A DNA stretch of 63,685 nt, counting the filler, from Octopus bimaculoides (Eukaryota), in the NCBI RefSeq assembly GCF_001194135.2. It is 6 parts of 5 records of this genome, joined end to end, with 100 filler letters (N's around TTAATTAATTAA, not from the genome) between each part and the next. Parts side by side here need not be neighbours in the genome. Positions count along the whole stretch, not along the records: positions 1 to 18,411 come from NC_069004.1; positions 18,512 to 35,712 come from NC_069002.1; 4 more parts are not named here. One strand, written 5' to 3'. The notes beneath the pieces were generated by a model that was given only the letters and a program-made list of their open reading frames with translations, was not told the origin of the DNA and did no database searches. Position 1 is the stretch's first letter. Every line of letters starts with the position of its first letter. Made by a program: the position numbers and the translations under genes. Shown here in pieces: positions 13,692-27,062 of this stretch.

Positions 13692-13728
<37 letters not shown>

Positions 13729-14398
13729 TAATAATATTTAATAATAATAAAAATCCTTTCTTCTGTAGGCACAAGGCCTGAAATTTAGGGGAAGGGATTA
13801 AGTCGATTACATCGACAATAGTGCGTAACTGGTACTAATTTAATCGACCCAGAAAGGATGAAAGATGGTGATGGTCGTGATGGTGGTGGTGGCAGTGACA
13901 GCGCTAATACGTTGCTGGTTAGAACAATGGTGAGGTACGAGGCAATTACTATGGGATCTTTGACGTATATCTTAGCAGTGTTCAACTGGAGACCAGACTA
14001 CGCTTTCACACTTTTAAACGACAACAAATCCAGGCTTCCCTTTCTAAAGAAACGAAACCGGTATATCGATAATCAGTAATCAGATAAACATAAAACCTCA
14101 GTTTATTCTGAGGTTCACAAAACATTTCAATCACTGAAAACAATACATGGACAAACTGAAATCCAAATGGAAAACGTGCCTGCTTACGACCACCTTCAAT
14201 TTTATGTTTAATTAGAGTTTGGAATAAACTCTTTTACAATTAATGCAGTTGTTTTGATAATCTTTTGGCTCTGATAGTTTTATTTCGGGAATATACATAT
14301 CATATCACATCACACGCACGCACACAGACACAGACACAGACACAGACACACGCACACACACGCGCGCAAACACACAAACATTTTATGTCTATGTGCAT

Positions 14399-14441
<43 letters not shown>

Positions 14442-14454
14442 GCATATATAGTTG

Positions 14455-14514
<60 letters not shown>

Positions 14515-14802
14515 GATAGATATGTTATATTATATATACATGTATATATATATATATATATATAAGTTTAAAAGACACGTAATATTTGTAAGCGCAAACA
14601 AACGGGAAGCAGACACAGGTCACGAAATCCTCATCAGTTGTCGACTAAAGTTTCTCAGATATTTCGTACCTCTAACGAGAATACTGCTTCCCTTTGGTAA
14701 GGCCGGCGACGAGAAGCCGCCGGGAAAAAAGTGAGCCAACGAACAAGAGACCAAACATGACAGAAAGTGAACATACAAATATGAAATAGATATAGCCTAT
14801 AA

Positions 14803-14857
14803 GTTTCTTCTTCTCGTTCTTTTCCCTTCTTCTTCTTCTTCTTCTTCTTCTTCTTCT

Positions 14858-14904
<47 letters not shown>

Positions 14905-14960
14905 TTCTTTTTCTTCTTCCTCTGCCTCCGCCTCCTTTTCTTCTTCTTTTTCTTCCTTTC
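14803..14960. repeat. (TTC)n microsatellite
   Basis: Directly visible. Confidence 0.95.
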
Positions 14961-15330
14961 CTTCCTCACTCTTTTCATCCTTTTCATCTTCTAATCCACC
15001 TCCTTTTTTTATCTTCTCTCCCTCCTTCTTCTTCTTTGCTTCCCTCGCCTCCTCCTTTTCATTTTCTCATCTTCTTCATTTTCCTCCCCTCCACCTCTTC
15101 TTTTAATCTATTACTTCTCCTCTCCTTCTTCCTCTCCCTCCTCCTCCATTTTCTCTTCAAATTCCATTCTTCTCTTACACAATTTCTTCCTAACGCTCCA
15201 TAAACGTTCACAGCAAGGAAATATTTCTTTCAACCTCTCTAATAATTTCGGTTCGTAAAATAAAACAAAAAAAAAAACACACAAAAAACAACAAAAAGAA
15301 ATGCATAACAAATATTACTCGGCTCTTACC

Positions 15331-15393
15331 TAAACACATATCACAATCAATATGGTGACATATTGTCACCATATTGATTGTAATATGTGTTTA
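15331..15393. repeat. Near-perfect palindrome: 30-bp arms, 3-nt loop, 1 mismatch
   Basis: taaacacatatcacaatcaatatggtgaca-tat-tgtcaccatattgattgtaatatgtgttta. Confidence 0.95.
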
Positions 15394-16000
15394 TATACCA
15401 ATAAGGACAAACCAGCAAAGATGTAAATATGAATATTATGATGAACTATTGTTCTCACTCAAAACTCAACGGTTTGGACACTTGCATCTAATTTCTATAA
15501 TGCTCTTTACGAAGACAGTTATCAAATAATTTTTGTTTTTATAGCTATCAATATATCATTGGTTAGTTTGCATTATTCCGTTAGGAACACTGGGATAGTT
15601 CCCCCGGTTTCTCCGGTGGATATATTCTTCCCTGAAGGGGACGCTGATCCATCTCAGGATTACTCACTTTTATCAGCTGTGTGATCTGCTGCAACGTGAA
15701 ATGAAGTGTTTTGCCCAAGAACCCAACTTATCTTCCGATACAGGAATCGAAACCACAATCTTACGATCGTGAATGAATCCAGTACCCTCACCACCAAGCC
15801 ATTCGCCTCTCTATATATATATCATACATGACATGTACACACTGTCGATAGACCAGTTACAGCAGTATTAGTCTCGAGGTGATATCGCTTATTCACATGC
15901 TGTGTTAAAAACAATAAATAACAGAGATGAAAAAACGTCAGCGGCCTGCGAGAATGCAAGATACATTTCAGGTTTTGGGGGCCTTTCCAGTGATGCTTAC

Positions 16001-16043
16001 TAGCTGTCAGCCGCATGTTCAGAGGAGAATATATTCGTCGTCT
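16001..16043 (-). CDS. Candidate 43-nt exon (RRRIYSPLNMRLTA or TTNIFSSEHAADS)
   Basis: Acceptor tttatttatttattcctttatcag and donor CTA|gtaagc. Two frames are open and the frame is unresolved. Confidence 0.35.
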
Positions 16044-16240
16044 CTGATAAAGGAATAAATAAATAAAACGTTTACAGATGTTGCAAATGGCCGCCAAGCT
16101 GAATAAAAATTTTGATATATGCTGTTGAGGACATCGCCAAAGGTCTAGTTGGAAGTTCAACATTCCGAGTTTTCTTTTTTGTTTTTTATTTTTTTACAGG
16201 GCTTAGAAAAACTGAAGGAGTTACAGGAAAAAGACCTCAC

Positions 16241-16306
<66 letters not shown>

Positions 16307-16476
16307 TATATATCCTGGAGAGGTTTTTCTCCTTAAATGGAATCTTCTCTCTCGTTTACATTTCTTANNNNNNNNNNNNNNNNNNNNNNNNNNNNNNNNN
16401 NNNNNNNNNNNNNNNNNNNNNNNNNNNNNNNNNNNNNNNNNNNNNNNNNNNNNNNNNNNNNNNNNNNNNNNNNNNN

Positions 16477-16515
<39 letters not shown>

Positions 16516-17003
16516 TCACACACAGAAACACACACACACACGCACACATACATATGTGTATATGTGTATGTATGTATGTATGTATGTATGTATGTATGTA
16601 TACGACGTGCTTCAACCCTGTTTCAACCGCTCAAAAACACAGACAAAGCATTAGTCTGTTACAATGGAATACACTTGCTCAAGGTGTCGCAGTGAGGCAC
16701 TCAACCCGATGTCCCGTAGTTGCGCAACGAACACCTCAGCCACACGACCATAGCAGGCTCTACTACGTCTTGTAGGTCAAGAGACGACATAAAGTCTCCT
16801 CGTCGGTTTCATTGCTCTAGGTCAGTAAATAACTGAAAATGATAATAATAAGATTGGCCACCGTGTCATTTAATAATAATGGACAAAAATATACGCATTG
16901 ATTGTGCGCAGAAGAACGGTTTGTATGTACTCTAACACATAAATATGTTCCACTTCCCTCTCTCACTCTCTCTCTCTCTCTCTGTTTTTTTAGTTTCTCT
17001 GTT

Positions 17004-17062
<59 letters not shown>

Positions 17063-17690
17063 NNNNNNNNNNNNNNNNNNNNNNNNNNNNNNNNNNNNNN
17101 NNNNNNNNNNNNNNNNNNNNNNNNNNNNNNNNNNNNNNNNNNNNNNNNNNNNNNNNNNNNNNNNNNNNNNNNNNNNNNNNNNNNNNNNNNNNNNNNNNNN
17201 NNNNNNNNNNNNNNNNNNNNNNNNNNNNNNNNNNNNNNNNNNNNNNNNNNNNNNNNNNNNNNNNNNNNNNNNNNNNNNNNNNNNNNNNNNNNNNNNNNNN
17301 NNNNNNNNNNNNNNNNNNNNNNNNNNNNNNNNNNNNNNNNNNNNNNNNNNNNNNNNNNNNNNNNNNNNNNNNNNNNNNNNNNNNNNNNNNNNNNNNNNNN
17401 NNNNNNNNNNNNNNNNNNNNNNNNNNNNNNNNNNNNNNNNNNNNNNNNNNNNNNNNNNNNNNNNNNNNNNNNNNNNNNNNNNNNNNNNNNNNNNNNNNNN
17501 NNNNNNNNNNNNNNNNNNNNNNNNNNNNNNNNNNNNNNNNNNNNNNNNNNNNNNNNNNNNNNNNNNNNNNNNNNNNNNNNNNNNNNNNNNNNNNNNNNNN
17601 NNNNNNNNNNNNNNNNNNNNNNNNNNNNNNNNNNNNNNNNNNNNNNNNNNNNNNNNNNNNNNNNNTGTGTATATGTATATGTGTTTATGT

Positions 17691-17738
<48 letters not shown>

Positions 17739-18042
17739 CTAGATAGATAGATAGATAGATAAATAGATAAATACATAGATAGATAGATATTTAGATAGAT
17801 CGATCTAATCTATCTATAACTTTATGACACACACACATATATACATAGAAAGAGAGAGAACTAGAGGGATGTACGCATATATATATATATATATATGCGT
17901 GTGTATATATTATGTGTATGTGTGTGATTTTGTCTACCTGCATATGTAAGTATCTAACGAACAGTCTGCACACGCACACACATATATACTTGCGCGCGCG
18001 CGCGTGTGTCTGTGTTTTTGTACATATGTGGATACATGAATG

Positions 18043-18073
<31 letters not shown>

Positions 18074-18338
18074 TACAATGTATGTATACGTGTGTGTAAA
18101 TAGATGTAGATACTCTAACCAGGTCACCCATTCGTAACAGCATCAAACACATACATTGTACAGCTGAATGTCCACCAGACATCTGACAATCGCTTTATCT
18201 AACGATCGAAACGGTGATTGATAGCCAGCCTAAAACATATACACAGATGCTACGTGCATTGAATTCGGTTGTCTCACCTTCTTACACAATATCAAAGTAC
18301 TCCACAATACATCTATACATACACAAACACACACACAA

Positions 18339-18389
<51 letters not shown>

Positions 18390-18455
18390 TATAGACATAC
18401 ATATATACATANNNNNNNNNNNNNNNNNNNNNNNNNNNNNNNNNNNNNNNNNNNN

Positions 18456-18467
18456 TTAATTAATTAA
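18456..18467. other. Artificial contig linker TTAATTAATTAA within a 44N-12-44N spacer (also at 35757-35768, 44581-44592, 54703-54714, 62620-62631)
   Basis: The identical 12-mer, which has stops in all six frames, is centred in 100-bp N blocks five times. Confidence 0.97.
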
Positions 18468-18511
18468 NNNNNNNNNNNNNNNNNNNNNNNNNNNNNNNNN
18501 NNNNNNNNNNN

Positions 18512-18778
18512 TATATGTATATATATATGTATATATATATGTATATATATATGTATATATATATGTATATATATATGTATATATATATGTATATATATAT
18601 GTATATATATATGTATGTATATATGTATGTATATGTATGTATATATATATGTATGTATATGTATGTATATATATATGTATGTATATGTATGTATATATAT
18701 ATGTATGTATATGTATGTATATATATATGTATATATATATGTATATATATGTATGTATATATATATATATATATATAA
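18512..18778. repeat. (TATATATATG)n/(TATG)n microsatellite
   Basis: Directly visible. Confidence 0.95.
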
Positions 18779-19037
18779 TTCTAGCTCTGGGCAGCCCCTC
18801 TCTTCTTTCTTGTTCTCAGTCTTTCTAAGCGCGTGAATGTCTGATCATATATTGTATGCCTTTCTCACTTTCTTTCCATCTTCCTATCTCACTTTTTTTT
18901 TTTACATCTCAATTTCTCTCTCTCTGTTCCGTAATGTAAACACGAACCACTCTGATCTGTTGGTAATGTTGACACTATGTGCATGAATGATATATAATCG
19001 CACGCACGCACGCACGCACGCACGCACGTATATATAA

Positions 19038-19228
19038 TGGGGAAAGCCGGTTTATGGGATTACCTTAGGTTTCCCGTCCCTAAAGGGCTTAGCTGTATAG
19101 CGTATCGTCAGATCCCCAAAACCTGTTGGTCATGGGCCAATAGCTTTTTGGGATCTGACGATAGGCCATAAAGTTAAACCCTCTATGGACGGGAAACCTA
19201 AGTTAATCCCATAAACCGGCCTTCCCCA
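19038..19228. mobile_element. Foldback MITE-like element with inverted arms of about 83 bp
   Basis: Left arm tggggaaagccggtttatgggattaccttaggtttcccgtcc...tatcgtcagatcccc; the right arm reverse-complements to tggggaaggccggtttatgggattaacttaggtttcccgtcc...tatcgtcagatccca. The spacer is short. No clear target-site duplication (TSD). Confidence 0.75.
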
Positions 19229-19282
19229 CTTTCAATATATACTGCTCTGTGCTTCTTCCGGATTTTTTTTTTNNNNNNNNNN

Positions 19283-19325
<43 letters not shown>

Positions 19326-19426
19326 TGTAGTACAAAGTAAGGCTCGTTTGGCCCACATAATTGTGGTCACAACCTGATCAGGTTAGGACATAGATAAGGT
19401 TCTAGGAAGCACATGTGAAGTTGGCC

Positions 19427-19660
19427 TTAACTGAGAATGTTACTCTTTGCTGGAATGTGAATTCCGAGTATGTATGGGCATGCACCACATTCTGGCCATC
19501 TGCATTTTTTGACTGTTGGTGTATGTATTGAGTCTAGTTTTGCATTTGTTAGGAGTCTCTTGAGGGATTTCTGTTGTCTTTTCCATTTGAGGAGTTTATG
19601 TGTATTTAGGATGCTGTTCATTTTCGTGTCTTGAGTGAGAAGAGGAAAGATTTTGTATGA
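19427..19660 (-). mobile_element. Penelope-like element fragment (linker region upstream of the GIY-YIG endonuclease)
   Basis: Translation KLLKWKRQQKSLKRLLTNAKL...VKKCRWPECGACPYI matches the KRQPxxLKxxLxxAK and KC-x3-C-x2-C-xxI motifs typical of Penelope-like elements. Confidence 0.7.
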
Positions 19661-19676
19661 TTGTGTTGTATGCTTC

Positions 19677-19748
<72 letters not shown>

Positions 19749-19949
19749 GTGTTAAAATGGGGGTAGCTGATGAAGGAAAATGTTCTCTATGTGGCTTGTG
19801 TGTTTTCTGTACTCTGGTTATTATTATTTTCTTGTCTACGTTTTGTTTGCAATGTCCTGTACCCAGATATGCACCTATATATACAGGTAGACGTAGGTAT
19901 GCACATACCTGTACGTATATATGCATATACTCATTTATTATTTGTTTTA

Positions 19950-19990
<41 letters not shown>

Positions 19991-21279
19991 TAATTGATTG
20001 GTTGGTTGATTGAAACGCTAACTTGCTTTCAGAATTAGATTAAAAGGAACGTGTGTCTTTGGAATACTCGGTCATTTAGCAAGTTAATTTAACGTGTGAA
20101 ATCAATTGATCCAATACTTGAACGGTCATCGTCTGAAATGATGCGCGAACCCTCACCGCCGCCGTCACCTCAATAATAACAACAGTACCAAAAGATATTG
20201 ACATTGACAACAGCAATGATAAACGCTATCGTGTAAAGTAAAATGTAGTAAAAACAAAAGCTCTGCTGCAACAAAGCGAACCTGTACAGTAACTAAAAGA
20301 ACAATGCTAAACCTGCACTACAACAACACCAAGAAGACTAGACGATGTAATAAAGCCCTTCTACTTTGCTTTCTCTCAACCCACGTGACAGGAAATGTAA
20401 GTAATCGACGTTCACTCTGTTCCCATCAATTGTTTCTGTCTCAAGTAAACTGAGCTGTTACTTTCTTCCTATAACACATCTTGGCTCTCTTTTAATGGAA
20501 TACTAACTGGCTTATTGTGATGGTCGTGGTGCAGGGGAATGTGTGAGAGGAAGATTCACTGTTCGTTTTTAACTTCCTTTATACTTTGGAAGTATAACGT
20601 ATTCACTCTATCAACGAACGCGTCTAGGTTTCACTCCCTGCTCCCTCATTTTTTGCTCTTTCTCTCTACCTCTCTCTCTCTCCCGCTTTTTCTCTTACTC
20701 TCCGTTCTCTCTCTTTCTCTGTTCTTGCTTTCTCCCCACTTTCTTTTTCTCGTTCTTGCTTTCTTCCCTCTCTCTCTCTCTCTCTCTCTTGCTTTCACCT
20801 CTCTTTCTCTCCCGTCTTTTTCCCTCCTGTCTCTTGTCTCTCTCACCTCTGTCTCCCTCCCTTTTCTCTCTCTCCCNNNNNNNNNNNNNNNNNNNNNNNN
20901 NNNNNNNNNNNNNNNNNNNNNNNNNNNNNNNNNNNNNNNNNNNNNNNTCCCTCCCTTCTCTTTCTTTCTCGCTCCCTCCCTTCTCTTTCTTTCTCGCTCC
21001 CTCCCTTCTCTTTCTTTCTCTCTCCCTCCCTTCTCTTTCTTTCTCTCCAACAATGTGAGCATCCATACTATCGAAGCGAAGTGGATATCCGCCAAGAAAT
21101 TCCAAGTGATAACGTTTTAGTTTTTTTACATCGTTTCTTATGAAGATGTGTGGCAAAATAGATTCAGGGACCGTGAAGAAGCAACGAGAGGCATTCTGAA
21201 AGTTTTGAGACTTTCTTTTAGGAGAGGGAATTATAACTCGCAGATTATTTAATGGAGTGCAGCTTTTGGTAGGGTTTAC

Positions 21280-21375
21280 CATACTGGGCAGGTCAAACGA
21301 TAGAGGCTTGACTAATATGGACCTCATGTTTTCCCAGATGTGAAAATGGGTTTTGCTCAGGGCTAATACCTTTAC
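21280..21375 (-). CDS. Candidate 96-nt exon (VKVLALSKTHFHIWENMRSILVKPLSFDLPSM)
   Basis: Acceptor gcttttttttttctag and donor ATG|gtaaac, phase 0 to phase 0. A competing plus-strand exon reading also exists. Confidence 0.3.
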
Positions 21376-21429
21376 CTAGAAAAAAAAAAGCAAGTTACAG
21401 AATCATTGGTGACCATTCTGAACCAATAA

Positions 21430-21645
21430 AATCTGGAAGAGGAAGGCCTTCTCTCGAGAGAACATATGCCTGAAGTGTAGGTGTGGATGAAACTCAGAAA
21501 GGAAACAAGAGAAGCTGAAAAAAATCCCCCCAAAAAAACACAGGAGTTCAACTGGAGAGGTGTAGAAAAGATAGTCCGGGGTAGAAAACGGTGGAGAAAA
21601 GTAATCGGTGACTTTTACTCCGTGGAGAGCTAAGGGCTTAAGTGA
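21430..21645 (+). mobile_element. RTE-clade LINE 3' end relic
   Basis: Reads ...FNWRGVEKIVRGRKRWRKVIGDFYSVES*, resembling the RTE C-terminal W..LE..A.DR..WR..V..L.S motif. Confidence 0.45.
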
Positions 21646-22046
21646 GTAATAATAAATCGACAGATCTATTGATAGAGATGATTTAGTATTAGCAGTTGAC
21701 GTAATGGAGTATTAAGAAACTAATTAGAAATGTATGCGATGAAATTAGATAAATTACAACTTTTATTGAATTTAATTAAATTTAATTATATGGCGACAGA
21801 GATAAATAGGTGAATTCATGTTGAAGAGATAAACAGGTGAATTTGTGATGACATATATATATATGGAGAGCATTAAACAATAACTTGGAAATAATTAGGT
21901 GATGAGATTGACAAAGATAGGCAAACGTAGATATATACCTAAGTTTGTGTTGACATATTTAATACAGGAGTGAGATATACATATATATAAAATAAAAATA
22001 ATTAAATATAGTTCTGCAATCCATCAATCAATCAATCAATATATCA

Positions 22047-22087
<41 letters not shown>

Positions 22088-25000
22088 ATTCTTTTTTTGT
22101 GAGTAACGTTTCAGCATTTGAAGCTGTTGAATTTGTTCCTCTTTATAAGATTTATGTTTTGTGAACCATTCTACTCGAGCTGGGGGTCGTTCTGTTTATT
22201 ATTAGTATTATTAGTATGGCGAGCTGGCAGAATCGTTAGGCCGACAGAATGAGAACTAGGCTTTAAAACAAAACAAAACAAAAAACATCCTTGGGTCGAT
22301 TTCTTAGACTAATAAAACCCTTCACGGCGGTGCTCCAGCGTGGTCGCAGTCAAATGACTAAAACAAGTAAATGTGTGTGTGAGACAATATTAATGATGTG
22401 TGTGGTGGTGGTGGTGGTGGTGGTGGTGGTGGTAGTAGTCATGTGTAAATGTATGTTGGTGTTACTGGGTGTGTGGTGAATAGTAGTGGTGGTAGTGTTA
22501 TTGACGTGTGGTGGTGGTAGTATTTCTAGTGAGTGCAATAGTAGTTGATATATACACACACACACACACATACACAACGGGCTTCTTTCAGTTTCCATCT
22601 ACCAAATCCACTCTGCTCGAGGCTTATAGTAGAAAAAAATAACCCAAGGTGCCATGCAGTGGGACTGAACCCAGAATCCTGTGGTTGGAAACTAGATTTC
22701 TTACCGCAGTCACGCTTTATTTATTTATTATTTAACATTCTTGTTTCATTCATCGAGAATTATGATTCTGAAAAAAAAAAGTGTTTTCCAAAAATAGCAA
22801 ATATTTCCTTTCCATTTTCCCCTCACCCCTTCCTTTTCCTCTTTCAAGACGTATGAGACGTCTTGAGACAACTATACAAAAATTCCGTTGACTAAAAAGG
22901 TTAATTCCAACCGTGACCATCTCGTTTGTTTGTTTGTCCCCCCCCCTTGTATCGAAAAGCTTTATTTAAGACGGAACTGGTGTGGTTTGAGGAAGAAATA
23001 TTTAGCTGCTATTTGTAGCTGGCTGAGTGCGTGCGTAGTGTGGCTCCGTTTGAGCTGGTGGTGGTGGTGGTGGTGGTGGTGGTGTATTACAGGTGTGACT
23101 GGTGGTGCGTAGTTTTGACAAGTCAACTTGATCTAGGTCGCAGTCTATATATAGCAAACGACGCTGATCGAAATGCTGGAATGTGACCCAGAAATACTCT
23201 GTACCTCCATCGGATCAAACAAGTTTTTCTGTGCGTTATTTCAGTTATTAGACTGCGGCCATGCTGGAGTACCGCCTTGAGCTTTTAGTTGAGCAAATCG
23301 ACCCTAGTAGTCATTGGTTTTATTTATTTCGTTTTAAACCTGGTACTTAGGATCTTTCTGATTTGATGCTATCGAACCTTTTTGTCGAACCACTAAGTTA
23401 CGGGGACGTAAACACACCAACACCGGTTTTCAAGCGGTGGTAGGACACGTGCGTGTGTGTACGTGTTAACTCTAGGTTCCCTTGTCCATCCCTGAACCAG
23501 CACAAACTTACGAACGATGAACGGCACTCCGATTGTGACCACCCCATCTTTTTTCTTTGTTGAAGCTACATTGTCCAAAGCGTTTCCCCCATCTTAAGGC
23601 TGAGGTGTGATTTGAGGGAGACTCAACTGTTATATTTAGCAAGGTGAGCGAGCACGTGGGCTTCTGTTGGTGGTTGAATGGTCTTTGTGATGGCTGCGGT
23701 GGTGATGTTAGTGGTATTTGATCGAAGTGGTGGTGGTGGTGGCAATTGTAATGATAGTGTTGATGGTGGTGGCGGCGGCGGCGATTGTGATTGTGTTGGT
23801 GGTGGCGGAAATTGCGATGACGGCGCTGGCGGCAGTGGTGATGATGGTGACAGTGTTGGCGGCGACAGCGGTATTGTTGTTGGTGACGACGATGGCGAAG
23901 TTGTATCGACTAAAACAGTCCGTTATTATAACGAAAGGCAAGTGAAAGCAGCCGTCTGGGAATGACCAGCTTTGCTTTCATGTTCCTTTGTTTGCCACCT
24001 TGTATCAGTCCTGTCCTAACTTGTCGTCTGCTTTTCTGATGATCTGCGGCGGATTGGCGGAGTCATTATTTCCTGCTTGATTCACTCACACAAGCAGACG
24101 ATGTGGTTATGTGTACGGCGGAGGGGAGGAGGAGGGTGAGATGTTGCAGGAGATTGGTAGAGAGAGTGAGTGGAAGAGAGAGAGAGAGGGAGAGAGAAAG
24201 AAAGGCGTGCTGGAGAAAGAGATTGATGGAAAGAGACTAGTGAGAGAGAGAGAGAGAGAGAGAGGGTGCTGGAGAAAGAGAAAGAGATTATGTAGAGAGA
24301 GGGGAGATTATGGATGAAGAGAGGGAGGGGGAGATTATGGGTGTAGAGAGAGAGAGAGAGGAGGGGATATTATGGAAAGAGAGAGGGGGGAGATTATGGA
24401 TGAGGAATTTGGTATCTGCCTGGATATTATATCCCTCCTTTCGCTATGTATTCTTTTACTTGTTTCAGCCATTTGACTGCGGCCATGCTGGAGCACCGCC
24501 TTTTTTTATATTCTGGTACTCCATCTATTTTTGCAGAACGGCTAAGTTACGGGAACGTAAACACAACAACANNNNNNNNNNNNNNNNNNNNNNNNNNNNN
24601 NNNNNNNNNNNNNNNNNNNNNNNNNNNNNNNNNNNNNNNNNNNNNNNNNNNNNNNNNNNNNNNNNNNNNNNNNNNNNNNNNNNNNNNNNNNNNNNNNNNN
24701 NNNNNNNNNNNNNNNNNNNNNNNNNNNNNNNNNNNNNNNNNNNNNNNNNNNNNNNNNNNNNNNNNNNNNNNNNNNNNNNNNNNNNNNNNNNNNNNNNNNN
24801 NNNNNNNNNNNNNNNNNNNNNNNNNNNNNNNNNNNNNNNNNNNNNNNNNNNNNNNNNNNNNNNNNNNNNNNNNNNNNNNNNNNNNNNNNNNNNNNNNNNN
24901 NNNNNNNNNNNNNNNNNNNNNNNNNNCCACGGCTGTTGTACAAGACACTTGCCTCTGGTGCCTGCGTAGTTGGACTGAACCAAAAACCGCGTAGGTAGGG

Positions 25001-25212
25001 CAGGGTAGGTAGATAGGAATGGTTTGTTGACAAGAAAGCAGAAACACACAGTTCAGAGATAGGAAATAAATCACTGGGAAATGTCAAATTGTTTTATTAA
25101 TAAAACAATGTCGTAAGTGACTTATCAAACATCGTTTATTATACCAACACAGTAATTTATCTAACAGCATTTATATGTATGTAAGACAAATCTCAGTATG
25201 TAGCTTTCCTCA

Positions 25213-25244
<32 letters not shown>

Positions 25245-25539
25245 GGCAAAAGAAAAACCAACACAGGAAAAAAACAAAAGTCAAAAGGGCGTACATAGTG
25301 AATGTATTAGGTTGACGCTCAGGGAGAGAGAAAGAGAGAGAGAGAATTTATGATTGGAAAAGGATGGGGGTGTAACGTTTCGAGCATGACTCTTCATCAG
25401 AAAGAGGGAAATGCCAAGAGAGAGAGGGAAAAGAATAGTCCGTGAAAAGCACTATGTGTGTGTGTAAATGTCAAATGATGAAAATGAGTGCTCAACACCA
25501 CATTGGTGGATAGAATTTATCTGTGAATTCAGGCTACCA

Positions 25540-25800
25540 TTAGTTTCATGTTAATGGAACTGTCTCTTCGAGAAATTAACGTGCAAGTGACTGAGTACTT
25601 CCCAGACACGGGTACCATTAATGTAGTTCTGAGCGTGATTCAGCGTGACAGAGGGAGGGACTACGCTGGCACTTTCAACTACAGGTACAATTCATTTTCG
25701 CCAGCGGAGTGAACTGGAACGTGCAATAAAGTGTTTTGTTTACGAACACAACGCGCCACCGGTGATCAAACTCACGTGAGCCTAAGCCACGCATCTCCAC
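25540..25800 (-). mobile_element. SINE family D fragment
   Basis: aacgtgcaagtgactgagtact...cagacacg...ttcagcgtgacag matches 38150-38240. Confidence 0.7.
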
Positions 25801-26379
25801 AAAATTGTGTGTACACACACACACACACACACACACTAAGGGAGTGTTTGATCTTTTGTTTTGATAATGTGACAGTTAAAGTTCGGTAGTTAGGTGTTTT
25901 TAGTCAGGCATGCCTGCTAACTACGCCTAAACTGAAGATGACGCACCTAAATAGATATACCTGATTACAAGCTTCTTCATGCATGAAAAAATTCTGAACA
26001 ATAACCCAATCCCAAATTTAATCGATGAAATTTTCTGTAACACACCTCTCCGCCACAACATGCCATACAACCTAATCACCATTTAACAGAGCTCGGCGTA
26101 GGCTAGAAAATTTTGTCATAACCGAAGCTCGGTCAGGATGAACTCAAATGAACCACAGTCACATAATAACTTATCTGACCGGAACGTCATTCTTGATATT
26201 GTTTTTGTTAAACAATAATAAATCAGCGCTTTACTAAAAGTGATGAATAATCGTTGAGTTTAACGTAAAATTGCCTTGATTTCATGTGATCGTGGTGATA
26301 AGCGAATGTCATTTTCATGTGAGTGTTCCAAACTTCCATGAAAAATATGGAAGTTTCCTAATTTCCATGAAAACGGGGT

Positions 26380-26781
26380 TTACAGGACGTCCTCATCGAG
26401 CTCCACAGATCTTCCAGGACGAAGCTCGTCTTCTAGGTTGTAGTTTCCGGATCGAAATTTCTGGAGCCACCGTTGACACTGGCTTACGTTTATTGTCCGA
26501 TCCCCATATATTGCATTAATATTCCTCGAATTTTCTGTTTCGTTGTTGCCTTTATTGAAGTCATAACACAAAATATGCTGAATATGCTCCTTTGTCACTT
26601 TAATTATAGCTTTGAAAAGATAACTGTTAAAATCGAACTGCACTCTTCAAAACTTGCACTAAGAATAAGTTAAAATTACTACCTGCTTTTATAGTAAGAT
26701 GATGCAGGTCGTTTATCCCGTCCTCCTCCGACTTTTAGTTCATGTAATCGAAGAAAACCTCATTTATTGGATGACCCAATA
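26380..26781 (-). mobile_element. mariner transposon 5' end (TIR plus N-terminal HTH), truncated
   Basis: The ORF reads KEHIQHILCYDFNKGNNETENSRNINAIYGDRTINVSQCQRWLQKFRSGNYNLEDELRPGRSVELDEDVL, a Mos1/Hsmar-like HTH. The minus strand starts TA|TTGGGTCATCCAATAAATGAGG, a mariner-like TIR. The DDD domain is absent. Confidence 0.85.
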
Positions 26782-26814
26782 TATATTGATTCTGGTTTTT
26801 ATTCTAACCATCTG

Positions 26815-27062
26815 TTTCGCCGAACCGATAAGCTATGGGGACGTAAACACACCGCACGCACACACACACACACACACACGCACACACGATGCGTTTCACA
26901 CATATTCGACGGGTTTCTTTCAGTTTACGTCTCTCAAATCCATTCTCAAGGATTTGGTCGGCCCGAGGCTATAGCAGGAGATAGTTGCTCAAGGTACCAC
27001 GCAGTGGGACTGAACCCGGAACCATGTAGCTAGGAAACAAACTTCGTACCACACAACCACCT
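26815..27062 (-). mobile_element. SINE family B
   Basis: Same head and tail motifs as 13335-13690. Confidence 0.8.

Noticed and set aside
23678-23965. Gly/Asp-rich or Val/Ala-rich ORFs
   Set aside because: They come from a degenerate (GGT/GAT/GGC)n trinucleotide tract.
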